NCBI GenBank assembly: GCA_015655075.1
Contig: JAATFT010000080.1
Location: forward strand, 11,123-75,122
Reading direction: 5' to 3'
DNA: 64,000 bases
Source of the DNA: Clostridiales bacterium
GTDB taxonomy: Bacteria; Bacillota; Clostridia; Lachnospirales; Lachnospiraceae
Position 1 is the first letter of the stretch, and each line of letters opens with the position of its first letter. The notes under the pieces are model-generated. The model did not search any database and had not been told where the DNA came from. It saw nothing but the letters and a program-made list of their open reading frames with translations. This document shows positions 50,001 through 58,768 of the stretch, piece after piece. The translations under genes and the position numbers were made by a program.

Positions 50001-52982
50001 ATTGTACTTGCCTTCCAGAAACTCCTGCTTGTACAAAGAACGTTGCTTTTTACCTAATTCGGTTCTTGCTATTTCGTTCGTCCTCACAGGAATTACATAA
50101 TGCGGAGTAATCTTGCATTTGGTCCTAATGGCATTGCGAATTTCATTTACAATACCCTTTAGTTGGTCAATATTGTCTTGATCAAACCAGGTCTCTTCTT
50201 TAGGTGTAAACAAAATTATTATCTGATCTACACCTTCTGTATTAGGAATTGATAATGCCGTTGAGAATGTTACATCGCTTATCTCGTCTACAATAGCTTC
50301 AATGTCCTGAACATAATAATTAAGTCCATTTACAATTATCACCTCGCTGATCCGGCCAGTTAATATTAAATGACCATCATCAATATATCCCAAATCTCCA
50401 GTTATTAGATAGCCATCGGGAGTAAATGATTCCCGATTAGCACTTTCATTTTTATAGTATCCTTTTGTGAAAGTGAGGCCTTTTCCTTGAACTGCACCTA
50501 TGTTACCTTCGTTTACAATTTCCCCTTCATTATTCACAATCCTTATTTCTACTCCGGGCATAGGTGAGCCTACTGGTACAAACTTATCGTTATTTTTGCT
50601 ATTAGACACTGAAAAGTCATCATAGTAGGTTATACAAGATGAAGTTTCAGTCATTCCAAATGCAGGAATTACTGTGTTTTCCTTTAATCCATATTTACTA
50701 AGATTAATCAAAAAACCACGTAGTGATTTGCTAATATTGGCTTCACCACCAGCAAAAGCATATCTTAAACTGCTTAAATCCCAGCCATAGTCAGTATTCC
50801 TATCAACAGCTTCCCCAATTAAGGCATATGCAAAGTTAGGTGCCCACGTTATGCTTCCATTATATTTGGAGATAAGATCAAGCAGCTTCAATGGATTGTT
50901 AAGTATTATATCAGTATCAATCTGAAGCTGCAGAATATCCATATATACATCTCTTATATGCGACCAAATTAGGCCTGCAGCATGAGTTAGAGTCATCCAA
51001 TTGACATCAACATTGTCGGACCCCATATTGTATTTCTGTATTTCTCCTACAGTTCTTGAGAGAATATTTTTGCTCGTCAATTGTACACCTTTTGGTATTC
51101 CAGTACTTCCTGAAGTAAATAATATTAAACAGGTCTCATCTTCTTTCCATTGATATGCTTGTTCGATATGGCTCTCACAATATAATTTGTCTATGCTCAA
51201 AAATTCCATTTCTGCAAACATATCTATTTTCTTCAAGGAATCAAACTGTGGAAGAATCTTATCTAAAGTCAAAACATATGGTTTCTCCAATAAATTCCAT
51301 ATATTATATAACTTATCAGTATTACTATCTCTCGTACCAAAATCATCAATTAGATTAAGGGGCGCCGGCGTAGCACCAATCAACATACACGCCCAAAAAC
51401 ACTCTATGTACTCTTTCCGACTGTCAATTTGGAATATTACGTTACTTCGCTCGTTAATACCTATTTTCTTTAAACCTTTAGCAAGCTTAGCGGCATTATG
51501 ATATAATTCACCATACGTTTGGACTATTTGGCCCTTATCTGTAAAATATATTATCTTCTGATTACTATCTATTCTCGCTTTTAATAGATCACACAATTGA
51601 TGAAACTTGGAACCATTTATTGCTCCTCCATTAATGACTGAAGGTAGATTACTAGTTGTTGCCGTGTTGTCTTTTGAGATATCATTAGAAGGCTCTTCGC
51701 CTGACTTCTTTTCAACTAATTTCAATGTATCCCCACGGTTCTCATAAAATACTCTCACTGCTGAATCAATTCCAAGCTTTAATGACTCATTTTCAAAAAC
51801 AGAGATTAATTCACTCCCCGGGACATAACTACAAATATCTTCCGAATGTTCGAAATGATGTTGTATAAATGGTATCTCTACATAATTTAACGGTAGATAG
51901 CTTACCCTTAACCTGCTTGAAAAGTATGAATTTACTTCATCATATGAAAGTATTTCTTTAGAGCAGTAATATACTGTATTATCAATAATATGATAATCTG
52001 TAAACTTACTATATCCCTCTGCAGCAACACTGATTAACGATTCATTTAAATAAGAACCATCCTTATAAAAAATGCCATTGCAACAGCCTGTGACAATAAG
52101 TTTATCATTAGATAAGACCACACCTTTGTATACCGTTGACAAAGGGGATTGATCTGTCAACTGACTATATATCCTGCCCTCCCTATTATTAGGAACAGCC
52201 CTTCCTTCATCATCCTTTATTGTTAGTGAAATATTTTTAATAGGCTTAATACTATGATATATATCACTTCTGTTATTGAACTCCATATTGTTACACGACG
52301 ACAGCCAAGTCACCCATGGAAAACCAAAATAATTAAACCACTTGCTTTGCGTAGCATTTACTTTATGCTTTATATGTTCAAAATCGAACCTATCATTACC
52401 ATATGTAATAATAGTATTGTTTTTTCCTTCAAATCGCTCGCCTGCGCAGCGAAAGATTCCTAATGGCAAGATATAGAGACTGTTACTCTTACTTATAATT
52501 TCATTTTGATAGAATTCAATCCGTACACCAAATATGACTGGTAATAACCAGGTAAAGCTTGATAACGTATCATCATTTACATAAAAAAGCGTATTATCAT
52601 AATCTAGCTTAATTACACTACTATGAAAATCAATCCAATTTAATAATAGTTGTCTGTCTATTTTGTAGTCATTGACATCATCACACATCAAAACATCTCC
52701 CACAAAACTCTTTATATCATTCACAGAAATCTGCGAATTCCCATCGTTTTCACTTATAACTTCACGAAATACAAACCCTTTCACATTGTCATGCGCTCTA
52801 ATAGGCTTAACGGTTCTTCGATTATAAAATGCAGCAAGACAAACTGCCATAAAATCTTCAGGATGTAATGTTTCGTCAACCCCAATTACCTCGTCGTCAA
52901 TTTTTTCCACAATATAATTATTATAATCAGAAATTCTTTTCCATAATGAACTATTTTCAACAACAATATTTTTATTACTCAT
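47001..52982 (-). CDS. Termination NRPS module: degenerate A - A(alpha-keto acid) - KR - PCP - thioester reductase (R)
   Basis: N-terminal ~430 aa with eroded A motifs; LFTSGSTGIPKG; WMTLTHAAG; FGMTETSS; KR GGLGGIG/YSAVN; PCP GGDSI; R domain LLTGASGFLG, VIIHYVSS, YNKTKW. Confidence 0.9.
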   Translation of the reverse strand: MSNKNIVVENSSLWKRISDYNNYIVEKIDDEVIGVDETLHPEDFMAVCLAAFYNRRTVKPIRAHDNVKGFVFREVISENDGNSQISVNDIKSFVGDVLMCDDVNDYKIDRQLLLNWIDFHSSVIKLDYDNTLFYVNDDTLSSFTWLLPVIFGVRIEFYQNEIISKSNSLYILPLGIFRCAGERFEGKNNTIITYGNDRFDFEHIKHKVNATQSKWFNYFGFPWVTWLSSCNNMEFNNRSDIYHSIKPIKNISLTIKDDEGRAVPNNREGRIYSQLTDQSPLSTVYKGVVLSNDKLIVTGCCNGIFYKDGSYLNESLISVAAEGYSKFTDYHIIDNTVYYCSKEILSYDEVNSYFSSRLRVSYLPLNYVEIPFIQHHFEHSEDICSYVPGSELISVFENESLKLGIDSAVRVFYENRGDTLKLVEKKSGEEPSNDISKDNTATTSNLPSVINGGAINGSKFHQLCDLLKARIDSNQKIIYFTDKGQIVQTYGELYHNAAKLAKGLKKIGINERSNVIFQIDSRKEYIECFWACMLIGATPAPLNLIDDFGTRDSNTDKLYNIWNLLEKPYVLTLDKILPQFDSLKKIDMFAEMEFLSIDKLYCESHIEQAYQWKEDETCLILFTSGSTGIPKGVQLTSKNILSRTVGEIQKYNMGSDNVDVNWMTLTHAAGLIWSHIRDVYMDILQLQIDTDIILNNPLKLLDLISKYNGSITWAPNFAYALIGEAVDRNTDYGWDLSSLRYAFAGGEANISKSLRGFLINLSKYGLKENTVIPAFGMTETSSCITYYDDFSVSNSKNNDKFVPVGSPMPGVEIRIVNNEGEIVNEGNIGAVQGKGLTFTKGYYKNESANRESFTPDGYLITGDLGYIDDGHLILTGRISEVIIVNGLNYYVQDIEAIVDEISDVTFSTALSIPNTEGVDQIIILFTPKEETWFDQDNIDQLKGIVNEIRNAIRTKCKITPHYVIPVRTNEIARTELGKKQRSLYKQEFLEGKYNDILSLISEKEDDEYYLLKEVWRKTAKDKYKHIHDNQYFRIINGKESGKNIIGNLSKDNYDLIDIASLSSVSEAIKLIDLYAYENSNTELSNFAEGLLQHGKQWATLPAGSVIYLPTCYGVSVEGDKKINLTNTLIRGFVKSISLENPNIIIKQIDVDEESTCYFEYELCFTLKEREVAYRRRQRYISTLTSINAQENTQGLMLNNKVALITGGLGGIGTILSEWLIRRHNMQLVLLGTSALTLEKKEIISRLNEIGGHKIIYRNLDISESGCFINEMRKIEEEIERPVDTIFHLAGKVSDSENGLSHWNDIESHMISNESEYSLKQTFISKVNTLLALNEFRRPNNNIPLIVFGSLNGYFGGASLSSYSAVNSLVHCYGAYYSRSDRYIYTVDWSQWENIGVMKDLPAAFRNASSSSGYISMAAEKNLKYLEYILENGIQNSMVGVDREAKRFNGLLVDKVQPIVDIFYEGKNAAAVKVLGNKLLKTKHTVLRFHEINEIPRNNNSMKSIDWKKIYMAITNDDSKENEDLTEIQKRVSAVWKEVLNLQHLNIDTDFFDCGGDSISISRLAFRLQKEFDKPITFQEILEHSTVRECAELIEERQIENSFEQVKAEVMKELYFDDFELESHQCSYGKPKEVLLTGASGFLGAHMLAKLLQDKNLKINLLIRAVNSEDAEKRVVKNMEQYGLAELIDNKRIAYYAGDISNNSLGLSKNEYDKLASNVDTIYHVASVVNFAVNFHKLYKPNVEGVRRIIAFGHYNRVKIIHYVSSFTVYSAMIQENHIINENTPLLFETSVVNEYNKTKWIADNLVQMAREKGIPAKIYRIGTLSGGTNKGICQTRDFMWLMIRVILKLKKAPILPTFGYNPIPVDIMASNIVDLSKLPYKKSEATYNIIYKTVTMKILVDWLKLIDSKIVSVNYADWRKELISYAKEKNDTALISILAVVPVADIIEGRAEQLVNSDLTNRILTENHIEGTGENFESFLKTFNYLKSVGFFE

Positions 52983-53003
52983 ACTCTTTTGTGCCTCCCT
53001 TGT

Positions 53004-54626
53004 TCATATGCTTTTGAAAATCTCAAAATCGTTAATTGATGTATCTGGATTTAAAACAACATCCGTCATTAGCTTTTTCATAATCTTTGAAAATGATTCT
53101 ATCTCGTCAGCACAGAATAAGTTTTCTTTGTAAAGAAAACTCATCTCGTATTTCCCATTTGGTTGAAGTATAGACAGTCCGAAATCAACTAGTGCGTTAG
53201 TCGAGAAAATCATTCTATCAAATAACCTTCTCTGCCGGATTTCTGCATCTACATAATTAAGTATTATTCTATAAGGTAAATAGAAGTACTCGTGATCCAT
53301 TCCGATCTCTCTCATCATCATGCCACATGGGAGTGAGGAATGGAGATAGCTACCATTAACAGTTTCTTTGGTTCGCCTTACTAAGTCTCTAAATGGTCTA
53401 TCCGGATCAATAATAGTTCTTAATAATTGTATTGAAGCAAAGTTACCAATAATGCTTTGAAATTCCTCATGCGTTCTTCCTCCGTTTGTTCCACCTATTG
53501 CAAGATCAATTTCATTGAACATGTAATATAAGAAAACATACATTACCGCTACAAAACCACTATACGCGGTAGCACTCTCCTGAGAACATATATTTTTTAA
53601 TTTATTAAAGATATCATCATCTATATCAATTAAAAGCGAGCTGCTGCTGCATGTTTGCCAATCAATACTTTCTTTGCTTGTCAAACTAAGACTAGGTATG
53701 TTACCACTTAACTTTTCTTTCCAATATTGAAAATCTTTATTTAAATAACCTTTATCATAACACTCTCTCTGCCATAATATATAATCTATATAATCCACAT
53801 CATATTTATTAGTTATTTGGGAATTTTCAAATTTTTCAAAATATAATTCTTCGATTCTTTGCAGCATTAACTGAAGTACCGAGTATGCATCAGCAATCAG
53901 ATGATGAATTGCTATTACAAAGACTAGTTTTCCAGTATTACACTGTCCTATTCTAAAGTGAAACAAAGGATATTTATCAAATTTATAACGATAGTTTTTT
54001 TCAGGTTCCTCCATGATACTTATTACCTGATCCATATCCTTATCTGGATAGCTTTCTATTTTTATATCAAATTTTGACATATCAACATCATTTATTACAA
54101 TGTGCGGAACAAAATCTTCGACCTCAAATGTTATGCGAAGTGCTACGGTCTCATTGATTAAAGAACACAATGCTTCTTTAAAACGTGTCAAATCAAAATT
54201 GCTTATAATTATTCTAGCGCTTCCTACCACATTGTATCTTTGCGTACTTTCTTCATAACTGGTCCCATTCATTATTTCTTCAAGCCACATACCCTCTTGT
54301 ACAAATGAAAGAGGAATTTTGTTTGGACGCTGTAATACTTTATGTACCGGTAGTGAGACCTGCTCAGTGCTATGTATCTGCTCGTATAGCTTATCAGCCA
54401 TCTCCTGAACATTAAGTTCTAAGCCGGTTATAAACTGCAATACATCAGTTAAGGAAATTTTAGATTCATACTTTTCATTGATTTTTTCCATTAATGCTAT
54501 GGCCTTCATAGAATCCCCACCACACTGAAAAAAGTTATCAGAGTATGTTATATCCTCTTTATCTAGGACTTCTTTGTATAAATCTAAAACTTCACTATGA
54601 AACTTCGTAATTGTACTTGTTGACAT
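53004..54626 (-). CDS. NRPS didomain PCP - C
   Basis: FFQCGGDSM; PLSFVQEGMW; HHLIADAYS. Start set to ATG 54626 behind AGGAGA. Confidence 0.88.
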   Translation of the reverse strand: MSTSTITKFHSEVLDLYKEVLDKEDITYSDNFFQCGGDSMKAIALMEKINEKYESKISLTDVLQFITGLELNVQEMADKLYEQIHSTEQVSLPVHKVLQRPNKIPLSFVQEGMWLEEIMNGTSYEESTQRYNVVGSARIIISNFDLTRFKEALCSLINETVALRITFEVEDFVPHIVINDVDMSKFDIKIESYPDKDMDQVISIMEEPEKNYRYKFDKYPLFHFRIGQCNTGKLVFVIAIHHLIADAYSVLQLMLQRIEELYFEKFENSQITNKYDVDYIDYILWQRECYDKGYLNKDFQYWKEKLSGNIPSLSLTSKESIDWQTCSSSSLLIDIDDDIFNKLKNICSQESATAYSGFVAVMYVFLYYMFNEIDLAIGGTNGGRTHEEFQSIIGNFASIQLLRTIIDPDRPFRDLVRRTKETVNGSYLHSSLPCGMMMREIGMDHEYFYLPYRIILNYVDAEIRQRRLFDRMIFSTNALVDFGLSILQPNGKYEMSFLYKENLFCADEIESFSKIMKKLMTDVVLNPDTSINDFEIFKSI

Positions 54627-54646
54627 TTGTTTTCTCCTTTGCATCG

Positions 54647-55399
54647 CTAATAATTATCAAGTATTTTTTTTCTTAAGTATTGGCAAACTTCTTTTCTATG
54701 TTCGTTTAGGTAGAAATGCCCTCCCTCAAAAGCCTTAAAAATACAATCACACGATGTAACTTGTTTCCACCTTTCTATCTGATGACCGTGAAGCGTCTTA
54801 TCACCTTTTCCATACATAAAAAAAATCGGAGTATTAATTTTAAGAGTGTCTGTTTGTGCATAGTCCTCTAAAAGTTTAAAATCGGCTCTTAGAATTTCCA
54901 AAAAAGCTTTGCGAAACTCTTCAATCATAAAAAGCTCTTCATCTATTCCACCATAAGCAGATATAGCTGCTAAAAACTCTTCATCATTGTAGGCATCAAC
55001 TTTTTTCTTTAAAATGTCGTTCATGTTCCAAAGTTTAGATGCCGATATAAAACATTGTTTGGGAGTTAATCGGTATTCATAATCAAGACGTTTGGCAACC
55101 TCATAGCCAAAAACACCACCCATACTATGTCCAAATATTGAAAAATCGTTCCCTTTTACATATTTTCTAATCTGAATTATTATTTCTTCAATCAATGTTT
55201 CCCGACAATTGCAGAGCTCTTCTCTTATGCGTTCTTCTCTTCCAGGAAACTGAATGGCTGCAACTTCTATTTCATCACCTAAATACTGCGGCCAGGTATA
55301 AAAGCTGCTTGCACCTCCCCCCGCATGATGAAGACAAATCAGTTTATGACATGGGTTATCAAGTGGTTTTCGAACCTTTAATAATACATTTTCTTTCAT
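54647..55399 (-). CDS. Type II thioesterase
   Basis: LHHAGGGAS, QFPGREER, GHSMG, GGHFYL. Confidence 0.9.
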   Translation of the reverse strand: MKENVLLKVRKPLDNPCHKLICLHHAGGGASSFYTWPQYLGDEIEVAAIQFPGREERIREELCNCRETLIEEIIIQIRKYVKGNDFSIFGHSMGGVFGYEVAKRLDYEYRLTPKQCFISASKLWNMNDILKKKVDAYNDEEFLAAISAYGGIDEELFMIEEFRKAFLEILRADFKLLEDYAQTDTLKINTPIFFMYGKGDKTLHGHQIERWKQVTSCDCIFKAFEGGHFYLNEHRKEVCQYLRKKILDNY

Positions 55400-55411
55400 A
55401 AAGACTCTCCT

Positions 55412-58400
55412 TTAGCAATCTATAAAATCTATCCAATCTTCTAAATAAGGTGATGAAACTAATTGATAAGGTGACACACTTTTACACCATTTTTCATATA
55501 TAATTTCACTTATTTCCTTAGCTAAGTCTAAGGACCCTCCGATTTCCATAAAGTCATCCGTTATTCCAATGTTGTTATTGCCTATTAATTTTCTGATTAA
55601 CATTAATAAATCTTCTTCAGTTATTGTTTCACTCTGCTTTGAAATTTTATCTGCACTCTCAATCATTTCGACCCAACTACTCAAAATTGGAAAATTCAAT
55701 ATATCGTAAACTGATAGTTCTATATTAAAACTGATTTCTACCTTCTCCACCACCTTCATAGCACTTACCGAATCACCACCAAGAGCAAAAAAATTATCAT
55801 CTTCACTTATACTATCAACACATAATACTTCCTTAACAATACTCAATAATTGGGCTCCTATTGTACTAGGTTTATCCCGGTGGGTCTGTTCATCATTGCT
55901 TTTCAATACATAATTGCTTAATCCCTTTCGATCAACTTTGCCATTAGCAGTTAAAGGAAATTCATCTAATGAAACTATTACCTGTGGAATAAGATATTCC
56001 GATAGCTTAATTGAAAGGTATTCTTTAATCTTAATCTCTGAAATATCTTTTGTTGAGATATAAAAAGCAATCAACTTCCCTGTTTTGAAATGTTTTACAA
56101 CTACACTCGATACTACCCCCGGGATTTCATTTACTACTGCTTCAATTCCATTAAGCTCAACCCTCTTGCCATTTATTTTGATCTGATTATCAGTCCTGCC
56201 TAGTATTTCAATATTTCCTTCTGGAAGATATCTTCCAATATCTCCTGTATTATAAATATGTTCTCCATTTAAATATACAAACTTCTTCTCTGTTTCTGCT
56301 TTTAGACCAACATATCCCTGTGCAACTCCAACGCCAACTACATACATAATTCCGGGTACGCCAATCGGGCATAGGTCCATGTGATCATTTAGAATATAGT
56401 ACTTTGTATTAGGAAATGGCCTTCCATATGGAATACGGTTATTACTAATATCATTTTTGCTTACTTTGTGATATATATTCCAGATAGTTGTTTCAGTTGG
56501 CCCCCCCACATTGTACAAATTGCATTTGTTATCAGATATAATTTTCTGAGCTAAACTAGGAGATAGCCAATCACCACCATGTATAACTACCTTTAAATTC
56601 TTCCGCACTTCTTCTATTCCCTCATATCCGGAGACTAATAACATTTCCATGAGAGCCGGCACCGAATTCCAAACTGTAACATTATATTCTTTCATGAGCT
56701 TAATCCAGTGCTTGGGGTCTTTTTGCTTCATATGTGATGGCACGACAATAGTACCTCCCAACCAAAACAACCCTAGAGTATCGAAAATAGCCATATCATG
56801 GCAAAAGTTTGTAATAGCAAACGCCGTATCTCTATTATTAAGGCCAAATATTTTTTCAGTATAATACAGGCAGCTGGAAATCCCCTCTTGGTGTAAAGCG
56901 ATACTTTTAGGCTGGCCAGTTGATCCCGATGTATTAATTATAATTGATGTGTGATTTTCATATGTTCTTTCCCTTTTCTTCTCTTTACAAAATTTATCAT
57001 CTTCGTGCATTACCACGTCAAAGTCTATAATGTTATCTATTCCCGCTTCGCAGACAGTTGCCAGACGGGATTGCTCCGTTATTATGCAGCTTAGCTTCAC
57101 TTTATCATCGCATTGCTTTAATTCTAAAGCCGTCATATCAGGGTCAAGCGGCATATAGACTACATCTCCACAAATAGCTGCTACGGCAGCAACAATTTGT
57201 TTCCATCCTTTACTCAGATATATCCCTATTCTTTCAATCGGAAAGCTCAAAGCTTTGCAATAGTTAAATATACTAAAGGAATAAGAATTTAATTCAGCAT
57301 AAGTTAGTGTTAATTCTTCACTCGCTACTGCTATTTTTTCAGAGTATTTATACATGTTATGTATTATTCTATCTTTCACCATTGGGATCTTATCGAAACT
57401 TTTTGTATCATTAATATAATGTATAATCTCCTTGTCACATTTGCATAATGATATATTTTTCTTTTTTCCCCAAATGATAGGATTGGAAGCCAGATATATT
57501 AATTCATTGTAAAAACTTTCAGCTATATTTACTGCCATATCATAATCAAACAGCTCTTTTACAAAGTTCATAGATATCTGAATTGACTCCCCTAAGTTAG
57601 TAATAAATGTCTCTATCCACACCTGGGTAGTATGAATTCTAACAAACTTTTTATTAAGTGATTTTTCGCAAGATTCATTTAACCCTAATGTACTGGTTAA
57701 CGAAATAGGTATTGTTGTTTTCTCTCCATTTATCTTTTGAATCTCTCGAGTAAGCCTCATCCCCTCTACATCCGAATACTCCTGCAGGTTAATAAGTTTA
57801 TTATGATTTTCTACACACAATTGGTAAAAATTATCTAAAGGAGAGCTCTCATATCTAAAAACACTAAAATCAGAGCATAGTCCAATGGTATGCTCTGATC
57901 CCTCGATCCAATATGGACGTTTGGCAATAGGTATATTTAATAAAAAATTATCACTATTACTGTAACGCTCCAAAACTTTTCCATAAATTGTAATTAGTAT
58001 AGAAAACACTGAGATATTATTTCCGGATGCAAATGATAATACCCTATCCCACACTTGATTATGTATACGAAAATCCACTTGAAGATCAGAGGATCTAAGA
58101 ATATTAGCGGGGTCGGTCAGTAATGGCAGACTAGGAGTAGCCTTTGCTTCAGAAAGCCATTTAGCTAACTCCTCAACTTTTTTATTATCTAACTTATCTG
58201 AATCAGAATATACATTTATATAATCATTGAATCCAAGCTCCTTTTCCGGAGTGCTTTTGCCGAGTATTTTTTCTAACTCTTCAAGTATAATTTCATGACT
58301 CCAGCCATCTAAAACCATACCATTCCCATATATATGTATAACTATACAATTCTCCTGAAACACAGATAAATAGAATTTAACCGGCAATTCATCTTTAATT

Positions 58401-58741
58401 ATTACTGTATTATTAAATATTTTATCCCTTATATCGGCTAAAATTACATCGGGTGATTCTTCTGCATTACAATAATCTACAACATTGATCTCAATGTCAT
58501 AATGATCAAGTATCTCTATGTTCATATCATTTCTTATTCTACAATGTAATAATTCATGTGCCTTAATAAGCTTAATAATAGCGTTTTCTATTTCGTGTAT
58601 AGAGTATCGTTGAGTTTCTAACTCAAAATATGATCTTGAAAAACTACCACCCAGAGCTGCATCCTCAAAAGAACCAATATAATAAGCTCTTTGCAAATCT
58701 GTCATAGGAATAATTTTAGAACTATTTTCCGTTTGACTCAT
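55412..58741 (-). CDS. NRPS: Cy(variant) - A(Ser/Thr predicted) - PCP - degenerate PCP
   Basis: PMTDLQRAY, NGMVLDGWS, PISLTS, TTQVWIE (Cy-type); A3 INTSGSTGQPK, FCHDMAIFD, HGGDW, NVGGPTETTIW; PCP GGDSV; trailing GGSLD repeat. Confidence 0.88.
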   Translation of the reverse strand: MSQTENSSKIIPMTDLQRAYYIGSFEDAALGGSFSRSYFELETQRYSIHEIENAIIKLIKAHELLHCRIRNDMNIEILDHYDIEINVVDYCNAEESPDVILADIRDKIFNNTVIIKDELPVKFYLSVFQENCIVIHIYGNGMVLDGWSHEIILEELEKILGKSTPEKELGFNDYINVYSDSDKLDNKKVEELAKWLSEAKATPSLPLLTDPANILRSSDLQVDFRIHNQVWDRVLSFASGNNISVFSILITIYGKVLERYSNSDNFLLNIPIAKRPYWIEGSEHTIGLCSDFSVFRYESSPLDNFYQLCVENHNKLINLQEYSDVEGMRLTREIQKINGEKTTIPISLTSTLGLNESCEKSLNKKFVRIHTTQVWIETFITNLGESIQISMNFVKELFDYDMAVNIAESFYNELIYLASNPIIWGKKKNISLCKCDKEIIHYINDTKSFDKIPMVKDRIIHNMYKYSEKIAVASEELTLTYAELNSYSFSIFNYCKALSFPIERIGIYLSKGWKQIVAAVAAICGDVVYMPLDPDMTALELKQCDDKVKLSCIITEQSRLATVCEAGIDNIIDFDVVMHEDDKFCKEKKRERTYENHTSIIINTSGSTGQPKSIALHQEGISSCLYYTEKIFGLNNRDTAFAITNFCHDMAIFDTLGLFWLGGTIVVPSHMKQKDPKHWIKLMKEYNVTVWNSVPALMEMLLVSGYEGIEEVRKNLKVVIHGGDWLSPSLAQKIISDNKCNLYNVGGPTETTIWNIYHKVSKNDISNNRIPYGRPFPNTKYYILNDHMDLCPIGVPGIMYVVGVGVAQGYVGLKAETEKKFVYLNGEHIYNTGDIGRYLPEGNIEILGRTDNQIKINGKRVELNGIEAVVNEIPGVVSSVVVKHFKTGKLIAFYISTKDISEIKIKEYLSIKLSEYLIPQVIVSLDEFPLTANGKVDRKGLSNYVLKSNDEQTHRDKPSTIGAQLLSIVKEVLCVDSISEDDNFFALGGDSVSAMKVVEKVEISFNIELSVYDILNFPILSSWVEMIESADKISKQSETITEEDLLMLIRKLIGNNNIGITDDFMEIGGSLDLAKEISEIIYEKWCKSVSPYQLVSSPYLEDWIDFIDC

Positions 58742-58768
58742 TAGTACCCCTTCTTTCGTAACTTTACA

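Noticed and set aside
39909-52982. Reading the two Asp-less adenylation domains as fatty acyl-AMP ligases
   Set aside because: Direct fusion to KR-PCP, the pseudo-A prefix and WMxxxH / GM.ET motifs fit keto-acid depsipeptide modules better; kept only as a refutation test
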